A stretch of DNA of 64,000 bases from assembly GCA_029213195.1 (NCBI GenBank), contig JARGNI010000012.1, positions 29,254 through 93,253 on the forward strand, in the 5' to 3' direction. Source of the DNA: Verrucomicrobiales bacterium. Its GTDB lineage: Bacteria > Verrucomicrobiota > Verrucomicrobiia > Verrucomicrobiales > DEV007. The notes beneath the pieces are model-generated. The model searched no databases and was not told the DNA's origin. It saw only the letters and a program-made list of their open reading frames with translations. Position numbers and translations under genes: made by a program. Of the stretch, positions 45,607-58,127 are shown one piece after another; position 1 is the first letter of the stretch, and each line of letters opens with the position of its first letter.

Positions 45607-47880
45607 TCACAAACCGGGCTCTCCGACGCGCCCCTTTGGTGCCCAACGTGCCACGGGATGATCCTCCCACACCGGGAGATCCTGGAGCGCTCTCTCGACC
45701 TTCTCCGTCATCGGTAATTTCCAAGTCGCCCAGAAAGGCTGCAGGTTCATCCCACAAGCCCGCGAAAGCCGGATCACCCACTGGTCATTGATTTCCTGTT
45801 GCCCTCGCGGTCGTTCACTCGGCTCGAGACGATTGTATTCATCGAAGACCTTCTGGAAGGGCTCCCAACCGAACTCTTCCTGGATCATGAGGTAAGTCTC
45901 CAATGCGGTCCACACCGACCAGTCCGATTCGAAGGACGTGGGTTGATTGAAATAGGCATTGATTCGCTGCTTCCGGTTGAGCGGGCGAATCGCGCCGTGG
46001 GTTTCATCCCGATCCTTGCCAACATACTCCTCGTAGAGATAGACCGACCAGAGATTGCAGGTCGTTTCGCCGGTCCTGGGAAGCGCCCAGAGATTGTGCT
46101 GGTGGTTGTGCCCGTATTCGTGAAAGAACCCCCAGTTGCCTTCTTTCAGTTTCTCCGCATCGACCGCCTGCTCGGCCGCTCCTCCCAAATGTGCCGCCAC
46201 CGGATAGCTGCTGTGCATGGATCCGGCTGCGGTCTGGCGATCAAAGACGATCCGCTCGGCCCGGTAATCGTCGCGATCCACCTGCACCAGCTCCGCCGCC
46301 TTGTCGATGAATCCATTCCAGATTTCCATGACCTTGTCTGGATCCTTTAGATTCCGAATGTATTCGCTGGGAACGGCCACGATCATTCGATCGCTCGCCA
46401 GTTCCGCCCATGGCGCGGGATACTTGCGGATTTCATTGACCCACTCCTTGAGATCCGTTTTTCCATGCTGATACAGAGGCGCTCGGACCCCTCCTTCAAT
46501 CGTGACCTCAATCTCCTCGTAGTCCGCCTTGTGAGGGATTCGGATCGTGACCAAGCCTCCCAAGCCACTCGAGATCTCAGTCTTGGAACGCCTCACGGGT
46601 CGGGTGACCTGCCAGTCGGTGTAGCGGTGCCACTTGTCGCGGTTCTTGAGCTTTCCGCCGTACGAACCGATCACCACCTCGAAGCCTTCCCCTCCCAACC
46701 TGGCCGGCAAGGTGACAGTGATCACTTCTCCGGGAGGGGCATAGATTCCAGTCGGACGCATCTCCTTGGCTGCCCATCCCGCAGCATTTCTGCCCTCGAG
46801 CCAACCTCGATAGACCCCATCCATCGAAAAAGTGTGCGTGACCCGCTCTGATTCTTTGGGAATGGCACCAGGGTAGTCAGCTGCGGCGGGGATGGCATAC
46901 ATCACTCCCGCAGGCGCGGTTTCGTTGAAGTGAGTCTCCAACTCCAAGATGGTGTCGACCAGGGGATCCGCGCCCGGAACGACGGGGTTTTCCTTGGTGG
47001 GAACGATCGGGCCGACGGCTTCGTTCAATTCCTTCAACTTCACCAGAAAGGACTCCAGAACCGATCCCGTAAAGTCTTTCGCCTCCAGCAGATCCGTCGC
47101 AAGACTCTCGACTTCAGCATCGGAGAGTGCCGTCCGCTCGATGAGTAATTTTTCAACGGCAACGGCGGCCTTCCGACCCATGGGCGTGATCCGGGCAGGA
47201 GACATTGGCTCCTGCTCCCCGATCACCAGCTTTCCCCGCCCTGCATATCCATCAGGAAGAAACTGGATCCCGGAATTCGCGAGAAGCTTGTTCCCCGGAA
47301 ACTCAGAGAAGGGATCGTGTCGTTTTTTGAATGCCCACGGTGTCGTCGAGATGACAAGCCCTCCCCCATCCTGCACGAACTCATAGAGCTTCACGATGTC
47401 GCCCTCGGAGAGTTTCTCATGTCCGATCACGCAATAGACGGAAAATTCATGATCACGTTTTTCCTCGGGTGGAAACACCTTCACATCAAAGCCGGCCTCC
47501 TCGAGAGCGCCCTGCAACCCTGCAAGCCCCGGATGCAGACCTACAGAGGCCTCGGATCCCCGCCCCGCCCATCGGATCGCATTCCAGACGAGGGTCCGAA
47601 CGGTTTCCTGGGAAAGCAAACCTCCCGGTTTCAGGAAACCTCCATGAGTGAACCCGACAACTCGACCTTTCCCGGAAGTCGCTCCTGCGGCGACGATTCC
47701 ACCCTTGTCGTCGGTGATCAGTGGGAACGCAGCATCGGTGGTGAGATCTATTTTTCCCGGAACTGAATTTTTGAGGTCGATCGTCCCCCCATCCCCGAGA
47801 ATCAACTGGCGAACGCTTTCGTCGGCTCGAGAGGACAAGACAGCGAAGGCAAGGAGAGAGCAAAGGACTGCGTATTTCAT
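45607..47880 (-). CDS. Secreted M60-like/enhancin-family zinc metallopeptidase with an N-terminal TCAF/FAM115-like region
   Basis: Start trimmed to MKYAVLC. TGIYAPPGE, PWAEL, WGFFHEYGHNHQ...GETTCN (HExxH...E), W.ALETYL..QEEFGW. Confidence 0.85.
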   Translation of the reverse strand: MKYAVLCSLLAFAVLSSRADESVRQLILGDGGTIDLKNSVPGKIDLTTDAAFPLITDDKGGIVAAGATSGKGRVVGFTHGGFLKPGGLLSQETVRTLVWNAIRWAGRGSEASVGLHPGLAGLQGALEEAGFDVKVFPPEEKRDHEFSVYCVIGHEKLSEGDIVKLYEFVQDGGGLVISTTPWAFKKRHDPFSEFPGNKLLANSGIQFLPDGYAGRGKLVIGEQEPMSPARITPMGRKAAVAVEKLLIERTALSDAEVESLATDLLEAKDFTGSVLESFLVKLKELNEAVGPIVPTKENPVVPGADPLVDTILELETHFNETAPAGVMYAIPAAADYPGAIPKESERVTHTFSMDGVYRGWLEGRNAAGWAAKEMRPTGIYAPPGEVITVTLPARLGGEGFEVVIGSYGGKLKNRDKWHRYTDWQVTRPVRRSKTEISSGLGGLVTIRIPHKADYEEIEVTIEGGVRAPLYQHGKTDLKEWVNEIRKYPAPWAELASDRMIVAVPSEYIRNLKDPDKVMEIWNGFIDKAAELVQVDRDDYRAERIVFDRQTAAGSMHSSYPVAAHLGGAAEQAVDAEKLKEGNWGFFHEYGHNHQHNLWALPRTGETTCNLWSVYLYEEYVGKDRDETHGAIRPLNRKQRINAYFNQPTSFESDWSVWTALETYLMIQEEFGWEPFQKVFDEYNRLEPSERPRGQQEINDQWVIRLSRACGMNLQPFWATWKLPMTEKVERALQDLPVWEDHPVARWAPKGRVGEPGL

Positions 47881-47917
47881 GAGGAAACTGGAAGGATGCG
47901 CGAATTCCGCTATGAGC

Positions 47918-47968
47918 GGCCCAACCCTGATGGGGGCCCAACCCTGGTGAGGGCCCAACCCTGGTGGT
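47918..47968. repeat. Three tandem 17-bp repeats, consensus GGCCCAACCCTGRTGNN
   Basis: ggcccaaccctgatggg / ggcccaaccctggtgag / ggcccaaccctggtggt in the divergent M60 / icd intergenic region. Confidence 0.85.
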
Positions 47969-48049
47969 TGGCTGACTATACCCTGTCGAACCTGGTTTTG
48001 TGACGACAAATTTCGTATATGACAAACCAGAACAGCTTTCCCTCGATGA

Positions 48050-50506
<2,457 letters not shown>

Positions 50507-50521
50507 GGTGGAAAAATTCGA

Positions 50522-52396
50522 TCAGTAGTCCGTCAGCGTTTTCGGGGGCAGAGCCACCCGGAGGGCATTGAGCACCGCGAGAACATCGATCACCTCCTGG
50601 GTGATTGCTCCGGCAACCGGCGAGAGGTAGCCGAAGGCGGCAAAAAGCATGCCGACCACACTGAGGGCCATGCCTCCGACCGCGCTTTGCAGCGCGATGA
50701 GTCTCATGCGGCGGCTGATGTGGATCAACTCATCGATCTTGCGGAGGGAGCTGTCCATGATGACTGCTCCGGCCGACTTTGCAGTGACGTCGCTGTTCTG
50801 CCCGAAGGCAATTCCCACCGTCGCCGCCATGAGGGCAGGCGCGTCATTGATCCCGTCGCCGACGTAGATCGTCCGCCGCTTTGCGGTTTCGGCACGGACG
50901 ATCTCCACCTTTTCCTCGGGACTTTTTCCCGCTTGAACATCTTCGATCCCGACCCGCCCAGCGAGGTAATCCGCCTCGGACTGCCGGTCTCCCGAGAGCA
51001 TCATGGCGTGCTCGATCCGGTGCTTCCCTCCGAGATGGCGAATGAATTCCATCCCCTCCGCGCGCGGCTCGTCGCGAAAACGGTAGGTCGCGGCATAGTG
51101 GCCATCCATGATCACGACGCACTCGAGGCCGCCCGCGACCGGAGGGAGGAGCGACGCTTCCCCGGGGAGATCTTTCGCGAGCTGCTTGCGACTCGTGACC
51201 TTGATCTCGTGCCCTTTCACCCGGGCGGTGAGCCCTTGCCCGGGTTTCTCACTGATCTCCTCGACCTCGTAGAGTTCCCCGACGGCTTCGCGTCCCGCCT
51301 CGACGATCGTAGCGGCCAGGGGGTGCTTCGAGTAGACCTCAGCACTTGCCATCAACCGCAGAACTTCATCCCCATCGAATCCCTCCGCCGCCGACTGCTC
51401 GATCAAGGTCGGACGACCGTAGGTGAGCGTGCCGGTCTTGTCGAAAATGACGCCTCGGCACGTATCGATGGTCTCGAGGACGGAAGGGTCGCGGATGATG
51501 ATGGCCCGTTTTGCCGCGAGAGAAATGGAGCCGATGATGGAAACCGGGATCGCGATGAGCAGGGGGCACGGCGTAGCGACGACCAACACGGCGAGAAACC
51601 GGACCGGATCGCCGCTGATGAACCAGGCAGCGAGCGCGAGAACGACCGCGACAGGGGTGTAGAAAGCACCGAGGCGGTCGGCGAGACGACGCATTTTCGG
51701 CCGTCGCTCCTCGGAGTCCCGCATCACTTCCATGATCTTCGCATAGCGCGAATCGATCGCGAGCTTGTCAGCGCGGATCGTAATCGAAGACTCCCCGTTG
51801 AGCGCTCCGGAGATGACATTCGAACCCGGCGTCTTCGAGATCATGTAGGGCTCCCCGGTGAGAAAAGACTCATCCATGACCCCGCGACCGACCGTCACCG
51901 TGCCGTCGACCGGACAGATCTCGTGGGGTAAAACCTCGAGAAGGTCCCCGACCTCGATCTCATCGAGCTGAATTTCTTCGAAAGAAGTTCCCGATTTGCG
52001 GTGGGCGACCGACGGCATGCGCTTCGCGAGAGCCTTGAGCACGGAGGATGCGTTTCGCACCGCAAATGCCTCGAGCGCCTCTCCCCCCGAGAGCATGAGG
52101 ATCACGAGCGTTCCCGCGAGGTACTCCCCGAGAAGCATGGCCGTCACGATCGAGAGTCCGGCAAGGAGGTCGGAGCCGAACTCCCTGCGCCACAAGTTTC
52201 CGAGCAGCCCCCAGACGAGAGGCACGCCTCCAAAGAGATAGGCCACCCAGAGAGGCAGATTCGAAATCGACGGTTCGTGATTCAAACCGAAACGCAGCAC
52301 GAGGTGAATCGCGATCGCAGCGATTGCGAGCCCCGCGATGAAAAGCTGGAGCCGGTCTGCCTTTCCAGCCAGCGTTGAATTTGACTCTGTCATCAT
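50522..52396 (-). CDS. Heavy-metal P1B-type ATPase, P1B-5 subclass, without a hemerythrin tail
   Basis: [23 protein letters not shown]7 [14 protein letters not shown] fits Q-X4-G-X3-S-X3-M; TM8 [18 protein letters not shown] fits P-X6-QE-X2-D-X5-N. Confidence 0.9.
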   Translation of the reverse strand: MMTESNSTLAGKADRLQLFIAGLAIAAIAIHLVLRFGLNHEPSISNLPLWVAYLFGGVPLVWGLLGNLWRREFGSDLLAGLSIVTAMLLGEYLAGTLVILMLSGGEALEAFAVRNASSVLKALAKRMPSVAHRKSGTSFEEIQLDEIEVGDLLEVLPHEICPVDGTVTVGRGVMDESFLTGEPYMISKTPGSNVISGALNGESSITIRADKLAIDSRYAKIMEVMRDSEERRPKMRRLADRLGAFYTPVAVVLALAAWFISGDPVRFLAVLVVATPCPLLIAIPVSIIGSISLAAKRAIIIRDPSVLETIDTCRGVIFDKTGTLTYGRPTLIEQSAAEGFDGDEVLRLMASAEVYSKHPLAATIVEAGREAVGELYEVEEISEKPGQGLTARVKGHEIKVTSRKQLAKDLPGEASLLPPVAGGLECVVIMDGHYAATYRFRDEPRAEGMEFIRHLGGKHRIEHAMMLSGDRQSEADYLAGRVGIEDVQAGKSPEEKVEIVRAETAKRRTIYVGDGINDAPALMAATVGIAFGQNSDVTAKSAGAVIMDSSLRKIDELIHISRRMRLIALQSAVGGMALSVVGMLFAAFGYLSPVAGAITQEVIDVLAVLNALRVALPPKTLTDY

Positions 52397-52439
52397 CGTT
52401 TTTTCGCAAACAAGAAGGGTTCCGGTATCGATATATCGA

Positions 52440-55400
52440 TCAATCCTCCCGATTCACCATGAAATAGATTACCGGCACCGCAATGCGGCTGACGAACAGC
52501 GAGGCGATTTCTCCGGCCATCAGGGCAATCGCCAGTCCCTGGAAAATGGGATCCATGAGGATGACGCTCGCTCCAACGACCACCGCCATGGCCGTGAGGA
52601 GCATGGGGCGGAAGCGGACCGCGCCGGCATCGACGACGGCTTCCCTCATCGGCATCCCCTGCTTGAGGCGCAACTGAATGAAATCCACGAGAATAATCGA
52701 ATTTCGGACGACGATCCCGCCACCGGCCATGAACCCGATCATGGAGGTCGCCGAGAAGAAGGCCCCCATGAGACCGTGGGCGGGCAACACTCCAATCAGG
52801 GAAAACGGGATTGCCGCCATCACGATCAGGGGTGTGGCGAAGGACTTGAACCATCCCACCATGAGGATGTAGATCAGGATCAGGACCGCACCGAAGGCGA
52901 TCCCGAGATCCCGAAAAACTTCGATCGTGATGTGCCATTCTCCGTCCCACTTCATTGAGGGCTCGATATCGAGAAACGGCATCTTTGCGTTGAGAATTTT
53001 CAGTTCCGGCTCGGAAGACCCGAAACGGGTCATGTCCAGCTCGGCCAGTTTCTCATTCATCTCGAGGATGGCATACACCGGGCTTTCTTTCACGCCAGCG
53101 ACATCTCCGGTGACATAGGTGACGGGAAACAGGTTCTTGTGATAGATACTCTTGTCGATCACGTCCTCCTCGATCGTGACGAGTTCGCCGAGGGGAACCA
53201 GGGCGGGAGGTTCCACACCCACCCCCGGCTCCGGCAGCGAATTGGCGTCGCCGGATCGAACGCGAAGGGAAAGCAGCTGCCGGGGATCGGTTCGAAGCTC
53301 GCGAGGCAGGCGGACCCGAACTTCGACAGGCTCCCGCTCTCTCGGAAGGTGGACGAGATCCACATCGATGCCTTCGACCGCGATTTTCAGGGTCTGGGAA
53401 ATGGTCTCTGCGGTGATCCCGTTGAGAGCTGCCTTTTCCTTGTCGATCCGAAACCGGAAGCGCTTCTGGTTCTCCTCTCCATACCAGTCGACATCGACGA
53501 CGCCGGGTGTTTCCTCAAAGATCCGCTTCACCTCGTCGGCAAGCGCCTCGCGATGTTCACGGTCATGTCCATAAACTTCCGCTACGAGCGTCTGCAGGAC
53601 AGGCGGACCCGGAGGCACCTCCGCCACGGCAAGAGCCGCTCCGTAGGTTTCAGCGATGGACTGCAGTTTCGGACGAACCCGCTTCGCGATGTCATGGCTG
53701 TTCGCCTTGCGATCATGCTTGGGCAACAGGTTGACCTGGATATCGGCCACGTTCGGTCCGGTGCGGAGAAAGTAGTGACGGACGAGGCCATTGAAATTGA
53801 AGGGAGAACTCGTTCCCGCATACACCTGGTAATCCGTCACCTCGGGCTCTTGGGCAATGACTGCGGCCATTTCGCGAGTCGCACGCACGGTTTGCTCGAG
53901 AGTCGATCCTTCGGGCATGTCGACGATGACCTGGAATTCGCTCTTGTTGTCGAAAGGCAGCATCTTCACCTTCACAAATCCAATCCCGACCAGGGCCATG
54001 CTGCCGACGAGGAGCAAAGCAATGATCGCGAGAAATCCCCACTGATGGGCATGCCCTTTCAAAAGCCAGTTCATGTAGCGGCGATAGAGTCGAGTCATCA
54101 GGCCCTCCTCTCCATGCGGGTCTTCCTGCCCATCTTCCTCCTCATCCCCGGCACCTCCTGCTTTTCGCTTCAGGATTCGAACGGCAGCCCACGGGGTGAC
54201 GACGAAAGCAATGAGAAGGGAGAAGATCATCGCGGCCCCGGCCCCGATCGGAATGGGTCGCATGTAGGGTCCCATGAGCCCGCCGACAAAAGCGAGAGGA
54301 AGGATCGCGGCAATCACAGCCCAGGTCGCGAGGACGGTCGGATTGCCGACTTCGCTGACGGCCTCGATCGCGATCTCACTGACGGGCTTTTTCCGGTTCT
54401 CCGGCAGCCGGTAATGACGAACGATGTTCTCCACCACGACGATGGCATCATCGACGAGAATGCCGATGGAGAAGATCAGGGCGAACAGGGTGATTCGGTT
54501 GAGGGTGAACCCGTAGAGGTAAAATACGAGCAGCGTCAGGGCGAGCGTCGAAGGGATCGCAACAGCAACGACGAGCGACTCGCGGAAACCCAGCATCAGT
54601 AAAATCAAGACCGAGACACTGACGATCGCGATCCCCATGTGGAGGAGAAGCTCGTTCGATTTCTCGGCGGCGGTTTCCCCGTAGTGCCGGGTGATGGACA
54701 CTTCCACGTCCGAGGGGAGGACGCGCCCCTTGAGCGCCTCGACCTTGGCGAGCACTTCGCCAGCGACGCCGATCGCATTGGTATTCGGCCGCTTCGCGAC
54801 CGTCAGGGTGACCGCATCCTGATCTCCGCCCACCCTGCCGGATGCTGCACCCTCGCCGAAAAGAACGAAGTGGTCGGGGTCGTCGGCACCATCGGACAGG
54901 TCGGCGACGTCGCGCAGGTAGATCGGTTTTCCATCGAAAGCCCCGAGGACCACTTTCCCGGCCTCTTCCGCCGAGTGGAGGAAGGCTCCGCTTTCAATGT
55001 GGACGAGCGTGTTTCCGGCGGCGATCTCGCCGGAATGGTATTGGCGGTTCGCCTGTTGCAGGACGGGAATGATCCCGGCAAGACTGAGATTCCGGGCAGC
55101 CAGGCGCGCAGGATCCACCGATGCCAGGATCGTCCGTTGCCGCCCCCCGATCAGGGTCGTTTCGGCGACGTCGGGCACTTGCTTGACGGCGTCCTCCAAC
55201 TCGGCCGCAAGGCGACGCAGCTGGATGGAGTCGTATCGCTCACTGTGAAGCGTAAGAGCGAGAATGGGAACATCGTCGATCGATTTTGCCTTGATCAGCG
55301 GTGGGCTCACTCCGGGAGGAATCCGGTCGAAGTTGGACTGCAACTGCTGGTTCAAGAGGACGAGGGAACTCTCCTCATCGTGCCCTACCTCGAAGCGAAC

Positions 55401-55712
55401 GATGACGAGGCTCTCGCCGGGACGCGAAATCGAATAGACATACTCGACTCCCGGAATTTCCCAGAGAAGCTTCTCCATCGGATTCGTGACCCGCTCCTCG
55501 ACCTCCTTTGCAGAGGCACCCGGCATCGCCACCATGACATCGATCATCGGAACCTTGATCTGCGGTTCCTCCTCTCGCGGAAGCATGGCCACGGCAAACA
55601 CCCCAAGCAGCACCGAGGCGATGATCACGAGCGGAGTCAGCTTCGAATCAATGAAGGCGGACGCCAGCTTGCCTGCCATTCCGTGGGCGGGGTTGGGGGA
55701 GAGAGCACTCAT
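52440..55712 (-). CDS. RND efflux permease (AcrB/AcrD/AcrF superfamily, not CusA type)
   Basis: 1090 aa; [40 protein letters not shown]. Confidence 0.92.
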   Translation of the reverse strand: MSALSPNPAHGMAGKLASAFIDSKLTPLVIIASVLLGVFAVAMLPREEEPQIKVPMIDVMVAMPGASAKEVEERVTNPMEKLLWEIPGVEYVYSISRPGESLVIVRFEVGHDEESSLVLLNQQLQSNFDRIPPGVSPPLIKAKSIDDVPILALTLHSERYDSIQLRRLAAELEDAVKQVPDVAETTLIGGRQRTILASVDPARLAARNLSLAGIIPVLQQANRQYHSGEIAAGNTLVHIESGAFLHSAEEAGKVVLGAFDGKPIYLRDVADLSDGADDPDHFVLFGEGAASGRVGGDQDAVTLTVAKRPNTNAIGVAGEVLAKVEALKGRVLPSDVEVSITRHYGETAAEKSNELLLHMGIAIVSVSVLILLMLGFRESLVVAVAIPSTLALTLLVFYLYGFTLNRITLFALIFSIGILVDDAIVVVENIVRHYRLPENRKKPVSEIAIEAVSEVGNPTVLATWAVIAAILPLAFVGGLMGPYMRPIPIGAGAAMIFSLLIAFVVTPWAAVRILKRKAGGAGDEEEDGQEDPHGEEGLMTRLYRRYMNWLLKGHAHQWGFLAIIALLLVGSMALVGIGFVKVKMLPFDNKSEFQVIVDMPEGSTLEQTVRATREMAAVIAQEPEVTDYQVYAGTSSPFNFNGLVRHYFLRTGPNVADIQVNLLPKHDRKANSHDIAKRVRPKLQSIAETYGAALAVAEVPPGPPVLQTLVAEVYGHDREHREALADEVKRIFEETPGVVDVDWYGEENQKRFRFRIDKEKAALNGITAETISQTLKIAVEGIDVDLVHLPREREPVEVRVRLPRELRTDPRQLLSLRVRSGDANSLPEPGVGVEPPALVPLGELVTIEEDVIDKSIYHKNLFPVTYVTGDVAGVKESPVYAILEMNEKLAELDMTRFGSSEPELKILNAKMPFLDIEPSMKWDGEWHITIEVFRDLGIAFGAVLILIYILMVGWFKSFATPLIVMAAIPFSLIGVLPAHGLMGAFFSATSMIGFMAGGGIVVRNSIILVDFIQLRLKQGMPMREAVVDAGAVRFRPMLLTAMAVVVGASVILMDPIFQGLAIALMAGEIASLFVSRIAVPVIYFMVNRED

Positions 55713-55763
55713 GGTCGAGGGGAAACAGGGTCAGGTGAACGACTCGACCCTGTTGAGTGAGAA

Positions 55764-56828
55764 TCAGTTTCCGGCAATCGGCTGGCCATCCTGCAGTTCT
55801 TGTGATGGGTTCAGAACGATGGTTTCACCTCCATCAAGTCCCGCGAGGATCTCGGTTTTCCCTTCGAGAGTTTTGCCGGTGCGGACAATACGAAGACGGG
55901 CGATTTTTTCGGCGACGACGAAAACGTAGTCCATCTGCCCTCGAGAGATCACGGACGCATCGGGAACGAGGATGGCCGTGCGGTTGCCACGGGGCAGAAA
56001 GGCACGACCGAATTGTCCGGCGCGCAACGCTTCTGTATTCGGGAGGTCCAGCTTGATCAGGAAGGTCCGGCTGCCGACGTCGGCGGAGGGAGAAATTTCG
56101 CTGACCTTCCCTTCGAGATCCGCATCGGCTCCTGCGACCTCGATTCGGAAGGGATTCCCGAGCTGAACAGAATTGGCAAGCGATTCGGCCACGTTGATTT
56201 CCAGCCGGAGAAGCGAGGGATCCTCCATCGCGAAAATCGCCCGGTCGGGCGAAGCGAAGTCTCCCGGTTCGAGAAACTTGCGAGTGATCGTTCCTGCGAA
56301 GGGCGCCTTGACCGTGGCGTTCTCCACCTGGATCCGGGTTTCCGCAACAGTGGCGGCAGCCATTCGCTGCCGGGATTCCGCCTGCTCGATCTCCGCTTTG
56401 GCGACCGCTCCGCTCTCTGCGACCGAGCGGTATCGTGCGAGATCGCGATCGGCCTGAGCGAGAGCTGCTTCGGCCCGATCGAGCGCCGCCTTCAACTCGC
56501 CCACCTCGATACGGGCCAGAACGTCTCCTTCCTCGACTCGTTTCCCCGGTATCGCGACCATTTCCAAAACTCGTCCGGTCACCTTGGATGCGACACGGGC
56601 TTCCTTGCGGGGCCGCACCGTCCCGACGACTTCGGCAAAAACGGGAATCTCTTCTTTCTTCGCCTCCGTCGTTTCGACTGCGATTTCGGGGGGATCGACG
56701 AGTTCGGAAGGCTCATGATGCTGACCACACGAACTCAGGATCATGGCAGCGATCAGACCTATCCCCATCCCAATAGGTTGCGGGGAAAACGAACACACCA
56801 TTCTTACAGCCAGGGAAGTTTCTTTCAT
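55764..56828 (-). CDS. RND periplasmic adaptor (membrane fusion) lipoprotein
   Basis: Lipobox LSSC; biotinyl-lipoyl halves, APFAG.I, ISP.AD..SRTF. Confidence 0.92.
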   Translation of the reverse strand: MKETSLAVRMVCSFSPQPIGMGIGLIAAMILSSCGQHHEPSELVDPPEIAVETTEAKKEEIPVFAEVVGTVRPRKEARVASKVTGRVLEMVAIPGKRVEEGDVLARIEVGELKAALDRAEAALAQADRDLARYRSVAESGAVAKAEIEQAESRQRMAAATVAETRIQVENATVKAPFAGTITRKFLEPGDFASPDRAIFAMEDPSLLRLEINVAESLANSVQLGNPFRIEVAGADADLEGKVSEISPSADVGSRTFLIKLDLPNTEALRAGQFGRAFLPRGNRTAILVPDASVISRGQMDYVFVVAEKIARLRIVRTGKTLEGKTEILAGLDGGETIVLNPSQELQDGQPIAGN

Positions 56829-56846
56829 TGCGTTCGACTCCTTATA

Positions 56847-56872
56847 TTTAACTATATCACGATTTAGTTATA
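56847..56872. promoter_or_regulatory. Imperfect 11-4-11 palindromic operator upstream of the adaptor-RND-ATPase operon
   Basis: TTTAACTATAT-CACG-ATTTAGTTATA (9 of 11 paired, core TAACTA/TAGTTA), just upstream of a GGAG RBS and the ATG at 56828 on the minus strand. Confidence 0.6.
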
Positions 56873-57075
56873 TTTCTCGTTTCAAGGTAAGATTCTCTGG
56901 CAAGCAAGAGGAACTGGATTCCGTCGGCTTTGCGAAAAGGAAAAAGAAACCATCGCCAAGACTCGCGACGATATCCCGTCGGCTTCTGCCTGATGGGTTT
57001 CCTGCCCTGTTTGCAGCCAGGCGGATGGAAGAAGCGATCGATTCTTGCAGTCCCTGGTGACTGCCCGGCAGCACC

Positions 57076-57795
57076 TCACTCGGTCTTACCACCGGTGAGG
57101 ATCGTTCCGAGGAACTGGAGATCCGGGTCGGAAAGGTCGACAAAGCTGACCTCTCGCTCCGCCCCGGACTCCTCGACAAAAATCCCCGTTTTCCCTCGCC
57201 CCTCGAGCAGGGCCGCGCGAAACGTATCTCCGTTCTTGTAGGTCCAGGTCCGCTGGGCGGTCATGAGAATCTTCTCCCCCTTGAGATCGGAGATCTTGAT
57301 CCCGAAGATCCCCTTCACGAGATCCTCCTCCTCCGCATCCGCTACCAGTCTCTCGCGGAGCTGCTTGATCGCTTCCTTGTCTTTCACGAAACCGCCCTTG
57401 ATACGCGAGTGGATCAGCATCTTGCGATAGAGGACCGGGCTGACGCCGTAGCATCCGGTGATTTCCTTCCCCGCCGAATCCGAAACCACCGCCATGGGGC
57501 TTTTCGAAAGATCCTTTCCGAAACGGGTTTTGAAAAGCGCCTGATCCTCGCTCGACCGGGCATCGCACCGCACCACGACATATTCCTTTTCGAACTCGGC
57601 GATTTCGTCGAGAACCGCTTCCTCGATCGCTTTCCCTTCCTTCGAGAAACCATCGACGAGGAGGAAAATGATAAGCTGGTTGCCATTCTTGGCCGCTTCG
57701 ATTCCAGAACGAGGATCGGAATAAATCTCCGGTGCCGCGGAAAGGAAACCGCCAGGGAAAAGGAAAAGGATCAGCAGGAGCGATAAGGTGCGCAT
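57076..57795 (-). CDS. Secreted protein: thioredoxin-like domain plus C-terminal SHD1-like domain
   Basis: Start trimmed to MRTLSL. Signal peptide; GIEAAK.GNQLIIF thioredoxin-like start without CxxC; RTWT..NG..F.A...LSDPD..FL SHD1-like tail. Confidence 0.65.
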   Translation of the reverse strand: MRTLSLLLILFLFPGGFLSAAPEIYSDPRSGIEAAKNGNQLIIFLLVDGFSKEGKAIEEAVLDEIAEFEKEYVVVRCDARSSEDQALFKTRFGKDLSKSPMAVVSDSAGKEITGCYGVSPVLYRKMLIHSRIKGGFVKDKEAIKQLRERLVADAEEEDLVKGIFGIKISDLKGEKILMTAQRTWTYKNGDTFRAALLEGRGKTGIFVEESGAEREVSFVDLSDPDLQFLGTILTGGKTE

Positions 57796-57853
57796 GAGAG
57801 AATGGCCTCGGTGGGGGACCTGAGACGCAAGATACCGCAAGAATCCCGATGCG

Positions 57854-58057
57854 CTAGCCTCCCGGAGATTTGCCGATCTCCCGTTCCATGGCTTCTGCCT
57901 CTTCGATCAGCGGGCACGCCTCTTCCCGCCGGCGCAACTTGTGAAGCGACGCGGCCTGATCGATCATCGCAGAAATGTTTGCCGGGTTCTCGGCCCCGAG
58001 CGTGCGGCCTCGCAACTGGGACAGTTTCGTCTCCAGCGCGATCGCCTCTTCGAGCCG
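57854..58057 (-). pseudogene. Tetratricopeptide-repeat (TPR_10/12-like) gene fragment or mini-protein
   Basis: RLEEAIAL...LR.RTLG.ENP.NI.AM..QA..L....R.EEA.PL.EEA matches the kinesin-light-chain-type TPR pattern; the upstream part of the ORF overlaps the next gene and looks non-coding. Confidence 0.5.
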
Positions 58058-58127
58058 AAAATGGGAAGAACCATCTCCTGCAATCCTCCGTTGACCCCCG
58101 ACAGGTCTTTTCTCATGATCCCCGAGA

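Noticed and set aside
47918-47968. CRISPR-like array
   Set aside because: The repeats are contiguous 17-mers with no unique spacers and there are no cas genes; kept only as a tandem repeat.
52440-55712. CusA/CzcA heavy-metal RND call
   Set aside because: It has the DD proton-relay pair and no evident Met-based metal sites; adjacency to a P1B ATPase alone is not sufficient.
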